A stretch of DNA of 64,000 nt from Girardia tigrina (lineage: Eukaryota), in assembly GCA_001938485.1 (NCBI GenBank), contig MQRK01238006.1, positions 12,139 to 76,138 of the forward strand, given 5' to 3'. Below the pieces are notes generated by a model. That model saw only the letters and a list, made by a program, of their open reading frames with translations, had not been told where the DNA came from and made no database searches. Position numbers and translations under genes: made by a program. The stretch's first letter is position 1. Each line of letters opens with the position of its first letter. Positions 24,401 to 37,000 of the stretch are shown here, in pieces.

Positions 24401-25017
24401 AAATAAATGAAAAAATATTGGAAAATAGAGATCGGTGGATTGATCACAAATTTAGAAAATAGTTGGAAATTTTGTTTGAAAATTGCTGTTAATGAATGTA
24501 TATATTGAGTTAAAATGATTTCTGAAATTGAGATTACAAATACATATCACAATATTAATATTATTAATCATAATAAAATAACAATGATATTCCATAGAGC
24601 ATTAATACTTTCGTATTTATTTGATTAACATTAAAAATATCAAATTAGATTAATAAATATTATTTATTTATATTTTTTATTTTTATTATTCAGACACATT
24701 GGCAATCCTCGATTAATTATATAGAATTTAGCTTTGGATTCCAATTCAATCTGGAACTATAAATCTTTTCCAATCAATCCAGAATAGACAACAAAATAAA
24801 ATGACGCTGAAACCATTTATTACCACAAATAAATAAAAGGAAAATTACTCAGTTCAGAAGACAACGATAAACCCGGTCAGCAATTCCATAAGCATTATGC
24901 CAATATAATGTCAATCAGATCATATAAAATGTTATTAAATAGTAATCTAAAATCAAAATAAAGTAAACGGAATGTTTTAATATGACTCACTAATTTATTG
25001 GCACAATCGAAGAACGA

Positions 25018-28000
25018 TTAAAGATAAGACTGGACGTAATCATACAATCTGTAGCTAAATTTGTAAACAGAGTAACCGACAACCGTCACAAATGACATAC
25101 GGACCATTTGGACGAACAAGGTCCATGACAATGGCTGGTTTTCGATTCTGGAACAATGTCGATATGGTATTATATTGATAATCATTATTTTTACAGAATT
25201 TGAATTAAATTTTATTATTAGTTAAATATGGGCTTAGCTGCGATTGATTCAGGAGTAATTTCTCTAATTTAATTTGGAAAACGTTAAAGATAAATAAACG
25301 TTATGTAAATAAATAATAAAATAAAAATCATTTATGAATCAAAAAAATGAACTTTTCTGAGTTAATATATTTATTAATAAATTCTTCTTCATACATAATC
25401 ATTTAATTATTCGTATGGTCATTCCTACATTTTTGACATTACTGATGAATAAATTTGCTGGTCAGAAGCCGTTAGTCTATGCTACATATATTGGATAGAC
25501 TTTGTGTTATCTCCTGGGGTGGGGCCCCGCCTGTAGCCGGGCCCGTACCTTGCCGCCCGGCCCGAGGTACGGGCTATAAAATATAAATTAACCTCTTCAT
25601 TGTCCAATATTTTTTGAACATACACAATTTTAAAAACTAAAACACTGAATACTGCATTATAACAAGCACTTATAATTACAGTATGTGACAGTTAATACCG
25701 CGAAATTCAATACCAAAATATTTAATCCAAAACATTAAAAAATTAAAATGATTATTAAATTAAAATAATTATTTTTTATTTTAACTTTTTATTGTTAATG
25801 GAAATTAATATTGAACTACAAACGTTTTTATATTTATTTTATTTAAATTTTATAACCTAATTATTCCAAATAAATACCAAAACATTTAATCGCGTAGAAA
25901 CAATTAGGTTTATAAAAAAAATTAAATGATTAATTTTTTTATAAAATAAATTTGAAAAATTAATTTTATCATTATTTTATTTTGAATAATTTAAATATTT
26001 TTTAGTTTACAAAATTTGAAAATCTTTTGTCAGAATTCTCCATATAAAATATAAAATATTAATTTAATTTTAAATTCAATGCAAATTAATTTAATAAATT
26101 AATGGTTTTAGTTTTCTCAAAGTTTCTCTTAAAACTATGACTAAAATAATAGTAATTACAAAATAATATGTGTTTAAATAATCTGTTCTTGTGTATTTTT
26201 TAAATAATTTTTTCATAATAAATTTACAATTCAAATAGACAAGGGAGATCGTTAAGGTATCTGAAGTGGATATTATTTCTACAATTCCTCAGTCTACTAC
26301 CTATTCACATTTTTTTATATTGATCTCTTAAATACAAGTGCAATCTGTAAGATGTGTCTTTCGAAATTTGAGTATCACCAACAGAAGACGGGCACCCGTA
26401 GTTTGAAACAACATCTAGATAATAAACACCCAAAAGTGTCCAGCACGAAAGAGAAGACCAAGTCAACTTTGAGTCAACAGCATCCTACTCTCATTTACTG
26501 TGAATTTATTGAACCTCGTGCTAAAAAGTGCCGCGTTGAATTATCCACTTTAAAGAAATCTATTTTAACACTCGCATGTAGTCGCCATATTCTACCTCTT
26601 CAATTCATTCAAGATCCCATCATTTCCAAAGGCTTTGGTCTGCCCTCCATCAGTCGTCATCATGTTCGAAATGAATTGAGGAAAATGACAATTGAAATTA
26701 AAAGTGATTTGATGGACAAGCATCGTGGTGAGTAGGCATCAATTGTGCTAGATGGTTGGGAAAATCCTGTATCCCACCACAAACATTTAACAATCTTATT
26801 ATTTTTCTCCAATGAACCCTCAAAACCAGTGTTTTTGCAGAGTTTCTTGTTACCTGACAATAGTGCACTGTCTATTTCAACGTGTGAATTTGATGTTCTG
26901 AACAATTTGGATTCTTGTGATATCAAGGTTATCAGTGCTATTGCTGACAATGCCAGATTTATGGTTGTCGCGATGGAGCTTGTATTTCAACTGCGCCCTA
27001 CCGTTTTGCCCCTTTGAAGTGCTGCTCACATAATCAACCTTATAATTAAAGATGCGCTGAAAAATGTTGATTTCATTAGAGTTGGTTTTCAAATACTCTC
27101 GAGCTACATTCAGAATGGTATTATAAAGCGCTATTGTGAGACTAGATTGAACAGTGTCTTCTGGAACAGTGTTTTACTGATCTGGCGAAATACCTCCATG
27201 CATAATTCTGATATCCTTGTTCGCATTGAGAACACAATATTAGGTTTGTCTCCTTTCATTGATGTACTCAATGTTGCTCAAAAGGACGGTTGTGATTGGC
27301 TGACGTTGTACAAAGAGTTCTCCAAAGCAGTAGCAAAGACCTCTGAATCCGGTCAGGACCACTTGGCAGCAGTGGCTGAAAATCGCAGACATTTACTACT
27401 AAATCCAGTTGTTCACCTTGCTATATTTGTTAATGAGCAAAGGCAGTTATCTGAAGCTTCTGAAGGTAGGCTTCACAAGTGGTTGGACGCTCTTGGAGTT
27501 CATGAATTAATTATGTTTGTGAACGCGAATTCCATTCAATTGCAATCATTCCGAGGCGATTACGTCTATTTATGGAACATAAACTCAAATCGATACCAGT
27601 ATCCGATGCAGCTGTGGAGAGGTGTTTTAGTGTCCACAAATTTATTCATTCTCCTTTGAGAGAGATCATGTCGAATGAAGTTGTGGATGACATTCCTTTT
27701 ATTCGATATAATCACTCCTTTAAATATGACATTTTCTCTCCATCAATTACTGAGGACAGCAGTGAATTCGATTGTCTCGGCCTTGACGAGGATGATAGTG
27801 ACAAGTGAAATCCTTTTTCTTTGTACATGGATTTCGAAATAAAGATTTATTCTTAGTTATTTTGTAATTATTTAGTAATCATTTAATTTTTTTATAAATT
27901 TAATTGATCCTACTGGATTAAATGTTTTTTATATTAATTTAGAATAATTAGGTTATAAAACTTAAATAAAATAAATATAAAAACGTTTCTAATTCAATAT

Positions 28001-31000
28001 TAATTTCCATTAACAATTAAAAAATTTAAAATAAAAAAATAATTATTATTTTAATGTAATAATCAATTTAAGTTTTCAATATTTTGGATTAAATATTTTG
28101 GTATTAAATCTTGCGTTATTAACTGTCACATACTGTAATTATAAGTGCTTGCTGTCACGCGGTATTCATTTTTTTTTAGTATTTAAAATTATGTGTATGT
28201 CCAATAAATATTGGAAAATGAAGAGGCTAATTTATGGTTTTGGCCGGGCGGCAAGGTATGAGTTACGGGCCGTAAAATGACAGCATCCAAATGTTGTAAA
28301 ATTCTGCCGATGACCGATAGCTACAAATGTAAAAGCGCCATGTACTGTTGCCCGTAGCCCGTAAATTGACACCCGTACGGGCTCCACCCCAGGTTTTCTC
28401 TACAAGAGAATCCAGGAACACAGTCGTAAGGAAAGTGGAAGTAATATTGCTGGGCATAGTAAACATTGTAAAGGGGACATAAACATCCATAACTTTAAAA
28501 TTCTGAGCACTCAATTTAAGAATTACTGGGAGAGAGTGACAATGGAAGCATTAAATAATATCTTTGGATACTAAAATTAACGTTCAAAATGCATCCTCGA
28601 CAACTTTATTTGGGTTTTTAATGATTTATTGATGAAATATTGATTGCATAATCATTAACTGCACTATATAAGTATATTTCCTTTTAAAAGTCTGTTGTTC
28701 TGAAGATGACGGTTGATTCGTCGAAATTAATAAACAAAATTTAATTGGTTTTCGAATTTTAATTAATATCTAAGTTTAATTATTTAAATACTTAAATTAA
28801 GAAAACGTTTTCTTATTTCTATCTCGAATCACTATTTATGTATGCTGGTACCGAAAGAAATTGGGTATAATATAGATTAATAAAGAAGAATAATGATAAT
28901 TTTCCACAAAGTTAGGTCCCCTGGATAAAATCAATTCTCAATCATACAATTTACACTGTTTTCCTTCCAAAAACTGAACTTAAAGGGTTACTGAAAAAAA
29001 TCCTTTCAAGACGAAAGATAAGTGTTAAAGATAATAACTAACCTTGTTAATGTAACTATTAGTTTATTCAATCTGATTTGAGTCCATTGGTCTGTTTATT
29101 TATTATATTTGGCACTAAGTTCAAAATCAGAATTATTTATCAATTCTACCGAATATCTTTACAATAACCAAGGTGAGTCTATTTTTTTTACTAATTTAAT
29201 ATTATTTTGTTTATTTATTACTTTTCTGAAAAATTTTTTCTTAACAATTTTTTACGAGATTCAAGTGAAACATTTTGCGATTTCTCGTTACAACTTAACA
29301 AATTTATAAATTATTATTATTATTTATTTTTAGTTAAATTAATGGTATTTATCATACTAAGTATACCTGCACAGTTCGTCTTTATCAATATCATCAGCAT
29401 TGTTCCAATGCTTAGCAATCCCAGCGGAATGACCTATTCCAACAACAGCAACATTAACTGAAGGTATTGTCCCTTTTTCATCAATGGGATGCACATTTTC
29501 CCAAATCGATCGTGTTAAATATCTATCTCTTTCTTCAACGATGACCCGAGTAAGAGAAGGAAATTCATTACTTAATTCTTTTAACAGTTCCTCGAGAATA
29601 TCCGCTTTTTTCATTTTCTCAATATCTTCCTTACTGACAATAAAATAATGTTAATTTATAACATTTTATGAAAAATATAAATAAATCATAAATTGATAAT
29701 TAACGTAACTCTTTTTTAACACGTGCACTGCTGCAAAAGTAATAAATAGTAGTATTAAGCATTATGTGTTGTGACTAACTGTATATATACTTAGGCTGTC
29801 CCAAAAGTCCTCAGGTGGCCTTTAAAAATACACTAATATTTTACCAAATTTAACCAAATTTGGACTGAATATTATTCAGACTGTCATAAATACTGTGTTA
29901 AAATTTCAAAGCATAAAATTTGAAACTTACCAAAAAAATAATATTATTAANNNNNNNNNNNNNNNNNNNNNNNNNNNNNNNNNNNNNNNNNNNNNNNNNN
30001 NNNNNNNAAAATTTCTTAAGCAACAACATATTCACCATTGTTGTCAATAACCAACTGACAATAGTTAAAAAGTTTATCTATTTGATTTTTTAATGTTTCT
30101 GTTGATAAAGAATTAAAAAAGAATTTACATGCTTCTTCAATTTCTTCATGTGATTTGAAAACATGATTTTTAAAACTTTTCTTCATTTTTGAAAACAATA
30201 ATCTGTCACTCAGATTAAAATCTGGACTATAGGGCGATTGATAATTTTTTTTCAATTTTTCTTCTTTCAAAAAAAGAGTTGTTTCTTTGCTAGAATGAGA
30301 TCTTGTATTATCATGCCACCACTTAAGTTTCTTTAGCTTGATGCTGTTAGATCTAAGTTTCCGCCATTTTTCACCGGTGTCATGAACAAAGTTCACATAC
30401 GCCTCGGAATCAATCTTGGTACCATATGGCAGTGCTTTTACATTAAAACGTTTGTTGTTTATTAGCAGCAGAAAGTTCGTGAGGGACCCAAACAGAGCAC
30501 TGACCCAAACACTTTTGGGACAGCCTAAGTATATATATACAGTCAGGTGCAAAAGTTTGTGAACGCTTGTTTCTATACTGCTTTTTACACTGCTGGAGTT
30601 ACACAGATTGACCTTCTTTCAGCATGATGGAGCACCTTGCAACAATTTCAAGGCTATTCGAGAGGGGTTAGCGCAGTCAGGCTTCCAAATTCTTGGTCCT
30701 TGGCCAGGCAACTCACCGGATCTCAATTCGATTGAGATTACCTGGACCCAGGTGAAGAAACAGGTTGCTGCCATGCACCAAAATTCCCTGCAGGACATGA
30801 TCAAAGCAGTGGAAATTGTTTGGACTCAAAAAGTGTCACCAGACTATTGTAAAAAATTATTTTGGAGTGCTTTTGTCAATATAATTGCAATTGGGTGCAA
30901 AAGACAATTTAACAACAAGCGATCACAAATTTTTGCACCTGACTGTATATAAATGTGTTATAAACATGTATTGTTTAAATACATCACTTTAAATATAAAT

Positions 31001-34000
31001 GTAAAATGGATTTTTAAATAAAATTAATTGTGCGTTATTCACTACATTATTTGAAAGATACTACATATTGGCGACGAGTTCTACTCTACCCACCGTTCAA
31101 ATATTTTGGAATTATTTCATATACCCTGACGTCTTTTATTCACAAAATCGAGCCATTTGCTAATCAAACGGATTTTCCCGTGTGGCTTCAGAAATTGGAG
31201 TTGAATTTCATTCTGGTCAAGACTGACAAGAAGGATTTTCTGAATATCTTACTGGCAAATTTGGATATGAAAGTTTTTCAGGTGGTGGTTTCAACTTGCC
31301 CAACAGAAACTCGGACTTATGAATCAGTCACAGAATTTTTAACCAAAAAATATTCTAGGAGAGACGATTTTCTGCTGCATCTTCGATTCTTCGAAAGCAA
31401 GATGACCACTAGTTATGAAGATTTTGCCGCGGAGATGCAAAACTTGTTGCAAACATTCGATTAGAAAAACTTGAAAGAAGAAATCCTTGTGGTTAAATTT
31501 ATTTGTGTCATGCCTTTACCGTGTGAAAATCTGTTACTCATTTGTTGGCAAGTCAAACATTTCAGAATGTTATACTGCAGAGGCAGAAGTGAATGAATTA
31601 AATACACAGAAAAGATGTTACCGCTGTAGAGCAAGGGAGCATTTAAAAATATTTTTTTTAAAAATATTTAAATAAATTGAAATTGAAATTTTATTGGCTA
31701 AAATAAAATATTTTTAGTCATTTTTAAACATTAATTTGATTTTAATTATTTAAAAATTTACAAAAATAAAATCAATAATATTATTTAAAAGTTGCAATAA
31801 TAAAAATTAAAAATTTGAATATTAAATCTAAATTTAAATAAATTAGTTTCAGATTATAAGAATTAAAATATTGATCATCCATCTGATTAGGAGAGGCACA
31901 ATCCCAAATCAACACACAACATTTAATCATGCAAACACTACAAAAAAAACAATTACACATCCCATATTTCTCACTCCTCTAAATTCAAGGGGCTTCCAAA
32001 ATATAGATATAAACAGTATTGACAACTATACAAAACCAATGAAAAGTTTATATAAAACTTTTATGTAGAGCAATTAAAAAATTTCCTGTAATAAAATTTA
32101 CTACAACTATGAGAGGCCATAATGTTAAGTGTAAAATCTGTACAACTTTTTCACTCCAAAAACTTTTTTGTACGTTATGAATTCAAATATTGTTTTAAAC
32201 GTTATTATGATCCTAAAGAGTTGAAATATAAAAAATAACTGAACTGAAAAAAAACGTTATGATTTCATTATATTATTGAAAAATTTGAGTTGTAAGAGAA
32301 TTCAAATTTTTTTACATATATCTAATCCACGATCAGTCAAAGCAGCTTTTTGTGCATTTCTAATAGAAATATACATGTCCTTATGCAAAATATTTAATAG
32401 TTAATAAACTACTAACAGTAACCTTTAATCAAAGACAGTTTATAAAAGTTTAAAGTATAGTCCTGTTGAAGTGTTTTGGTTATATACTGAATTGAATTAA
32501 TATAAAAAATACTTCCAACTAACAATTGTATTTTTTTTAAACTCTATTATATTTAAAATTGAACTAACCATTTTCATATAAACCGAAAGGTTCTGATTTC
32601 GGTGTTGAAAATTAAAATAAAAACATTGATTAATTTGAATGACAAATTTATGTGGAAAATTTAATTGAATGGTGAAAAAACATACTTGTATAAATTTACT
32701 GACACATGTGGCTCAATTTTTCAAAGAAAAATTATTGATGAAATTAATAACGGTAAGTAATTTTTTTTATTGCTGATGAAACCCCAGATTTATCTCAAAA
32801 GGAACAAACAAATTTGATTATTTGTTATGTTAAATTAAGTGATTTTAATTTTTCAATTGAAGAACGCTTCATAAGTTTTGATCATTTTTCAGAAAAAAAA
32901 CTGCCAGAGAAATTGCTGCTTGCTTATTATGTCTCTTAAAAGATTTAAATTTGAATTTTCGAAACTGTGTTGGGCAAGGATATGATAATGGGGCAAAATT
33001 TGTCTGGAAAATATAACTGAGTACAAGCACGTCTTTCGATCGAAAATTCTAATTGCCCTTTCAGTACCTGTAGCAATAACAATCAATCAATCTTCTTGGA
33101 GTTAACGCAGCAGAATCTTGTAAAGAAGCAATAACATACTTCGGAACTATTCAGCATTTATATAACTTTTTAGTAGCAAGGTAGGTAGTAGTAGGTCGGA
33201 GGTTTTTAAAAACCATATGCATGGAATTTCTTTACACAACATTTTAAAAACCAAATGGTCTGCAAGACTATATGCTGTTAAACCAGTTGCTCTTCAATTA
33301 AAATCCTTATTATCAGCTGTGAATGAATTTGAGCTATGTAGTCTTCTAGCTGAGGCTCAGATTCGGATTAAATTCTTTAAAAAATAACTTACATCATTTG
33401 AATGGGTTTTGATGTCTACAATTTGGATGAAAGTTTTTATTTTATTGCATCAAAAAAATCTTATTCTCCAAAACCAGAAAGCAACACTGACAACAAATAA
33501 ATAAGATTGACAAACTTATTAAAGATGTAAAAAAATTCAAAATGGATGGAATTTGCTTCTTTCGGAATCAAAAAAAATTGCAGCAAAAATAATTAAATCA
33601 TTGCAGAATTTGCAACAAATCGCCGAATAAAGATCAAGTATCTGCAGAAGCATATTTTTACAACATATTTAACGAGATTATTGACGAAATATTAGATGGA
33701 AATATAGGAAGGAAAGTTTTAAAGCTGTTTCGTCTATTTGAAGTTTTATGGAATTTTAATGATATGGAAGAGAAGAGCCTAGTTGTAGCAGCAAAAAATT
33801 TACAAAATAAATATGAAAATGAAATATGCGAAGAAATTGTTGAAGAAATTATATTTCTTAAAAAAATATAGAAATCTAATTTTATAGTTTTATGGAATTT
33901 TAATGATATGGAAGAGAAGAGCCTAGTTGTAGCAGCAAAAAATTTACAAAATAAATATGAAAATGAAATATGCGAAGAAATTGTTGAAGAAATTATATTT

Positions 34001-37000
34001 CTTAAAAAAATATAGAAATCTAATTTTAAAAGCTACACAAAACCGTGCGAACTATTAAAAGAAATTATTGAAAAGAGTTTTGTAAACGTTTACCCAAATA
34101 CCTAGAATATTTTTAACCATTCCAGTAAGCGTAGTAAAGGCAGAGAGAAGTTTAATCGCTCTAAAACGAATTACAAATTATTTTAGATCAACAATGACCC
34201 AGGATCATGTATATGGTCTAGCAACACTGAATATTAATTGGGATATAGCGAGAAATTTGGATTATTCCCAAATAATAAATTCTTTCGCAGATCTTAAGTC
34301 TCGAAAAGCACTTTTGTAATGTTTATTCATTAGATTTAGTTTTACTGTTTTGATATTTCGAATCATATTTTTATTTTATGTATTTTGGAAAATAAATTTT
34401 GATCAATAAAAACGTACAAATTTTTTAATTTTTTTCTAAACATAGGGAAACACATATATTACCTGACCTGGGCCTCCAAGTGGCTCTTACAGGCGTCTCT
34501 TTTTTTAAAAAAGAAAAAAAAGCATATTTTTGAAACGTATGGTGTAATAGTTTTTCAACTATATAAATAGTAATTAATCATTTTATTTCATTGCACTGAA
34601 GATGCCGAAATGGTGAAACGCGTATGTATTGCGAATAAATTTAATATTCAAAAATGGCCTTTGTTTTCATTATTATTAAAAATGCCATTATAAGTTCTAG
34701 ATAATATATATATATATATATACATATATTGTAATTACTAAATAACAAAGAAAGAGATCTAAAAGTTATAAATGGTTACTTTAAACGTTCTTGGACTCTA
34801 TCGGAATTTGTCTGCTTAAAGACACGCTGAAATAGTTTAATACTTTGTTCTTGTAACTGGGAATTCCAGAATAAAATTTGATTAAGGGAGCAAATTTATT
34901 CAAATATACAGACTTAAACTTAATTGTATGTTGAAATATGAGAAAACAGGACTTCAAAACTGATTACAGACTTCCTGAATCAGTCTTTCTTACTTCAAGA
35001 TAAGAGATGATAACGAAGATCTCGAACGAAAGAAAATTTTGTTTTTAAAATTCTCAAATATTGTTCCTTGCGATTTCTGAAAATTAGTTTTTGTTTCTCT
35101 ATTATCTTATCGCTTTATGAATAAATAGATTATTCCTTTTTAGATCCACGATAATATATAATATATTTGTCTAAAAAGTGTGTTACTTAGTTTGTTTGTT
35201 TTTCAGTCACGCTATAGATAGTCAAACTAAATAGCCATATTGAGATGGTTCTGTCGGTACAGCGCCTTCGCCAAAAGACGCTGGGAAGCCGACGAAATCG
35301 ACCGAAAAACCTTGGACGGCGTTAAATTGTTAAATCAACATCGACTTCGAATAATGACTATTAGTGGTTCTTGGAACATCGTCGGAATTATTAGTAGCAG
35401 ACATTAAAACTTTTATTATACCACAAAAAATGTTTAAATCTAATATTTAAACAAATTTATTTTTTTTGAGAAACTATTTTTTTTATAAATCTTAAACCGA
35501 TATAGATAAAAATACATATAAATATTCATATTTGATTTTTTTATTACTTCTATAATCACTTTTAAATTACGATAACACTTTAAAATATTTAATCGTTTCA
35601 TTTAATTTTATTACTTTTTTAAAATCGTTTCACATAAAAATTATATACTTTTTTTTACTTTTTATATTATTTAACTCTCAAAAAATTTTTATTAACAATT
35701 TAATTGATCTTCTTAATTTTAGTAATTTTATTTTTTCGAATGTTACATATTTAATTATATAAAAATTTTAATTTGTACATATTTAATATAACCTTCTTTC
35801 AAAAATTTTCCTAACATTTTTTAATTCCTAACAATGACGATTTAGATGACTCCTAGAAGGAATTTCGTGAAAATTTTTATGAAAATACTAATTTATTTGA
35901 TAATTGACGATTTCTATCACTTATTTACTAATTATATTTCTAAAAATCAATTTAGTATAAATTTGCAAAATTTTTTTATCATCTGAATCACAGTTTGTCA
36001 GTCAAGCTCAAATTTTACTATGATCATATATATGCTGATAAAATGCGAAATGGTGGAGGAATCGCAGCGAACCACGCAAGGACGTGGTCAATCTGCATAT
36101 CCAGCATCGAGACTGTTTTGTCTGTGCAGTGACTTCGCCGAAAGGCACCGGGAGCCGACTTTATCGACCGATTGTTAAATCAACACAGAATTCGAAATAA
36201 TAAATTATAATAATTAAGATTTGAAAATTAAAACAGAATTTTTCAAAGACTTCAGCTCAACCGTTATATATGAGTCATATAATATGACGTGTCTTTTTCT
36301 AGTTAACCAGAAACGTTAATTTTCATTTATAAATATGTTTTTTGGTTTGTAGGTTGTATAAGAAAGTTTCAAAATATATTTAAAATTCAAATTAAATTGA
36401 CATTGAAATTTTTTTCCTCAAAAATAATGAAACTAAAAATAAACAATAATTCTTACCTAATAGGTTTCAATCCTAAGAGAAGAGCTACGAAAAACTTTAT
36501 GCGACCCCATAAACCCAGAGAACCTAAAGCTCGCTTTAAGGTTACACCTATTTTCCTATCACCTAGAATTACATGGCAACACGGTAATTCCTTGGCCTAT
36601 TTAAGTAATATTAAAAGATATGACTGCATTTTATCACTTTATTATATGCTGCTCTAAATTCACCACCGGGAAGCATTTTTATTTGCTTCATTAAATGATT
36701 ACTCATTCGAAGCATTAAATAATGCATAAGACCACTGGAATGACCTTCTGTTTTCATAAGTTCCCACAGGTTAGCTTTATCCATTTGCTTTTTGATTGTC
36801 TCTTCATCCATTAATAACATTTGTGATCTCATATTACATAACTCTAATATCACACAATCGGGAATGGTTTTTTCTATGATCTAGAAAAAAAATAATAAAA
36901 AATATTGTATTTCCAAAAAAGTTTAGGAAAATAGTTACTGTCATTTATTAAAATAATGTAATTACAAATTAAAATGTAATGCGTGGATACATAAAAATAC

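Larger units (their letters stand above)
25390..28800 (+). mobile_element. Penelope-like GIY-YIG 3' fragment with pLTR, split by the hAT insertion
   Basis: ATYIG*TLCYL (to 25513) continues as YKRIQEHSRKESGSNIAGHSKHC..FKIL..ERVTMEAL (from 28401); hammerhead at 28695. Confidence 0.75.
29767..31645 (+). mobile_element. Gypsy 5' LTR (29767-31065, interrupted), PBS and gag fragment
   Basis: TGTTGTG...ACTACA, PBS TGGCGACGAG at 31069-31078, gag-like KIEPFANQTDFPVWLQKLELNF, remnant knuckle CYRCRAREH. Confidence 0.7.
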
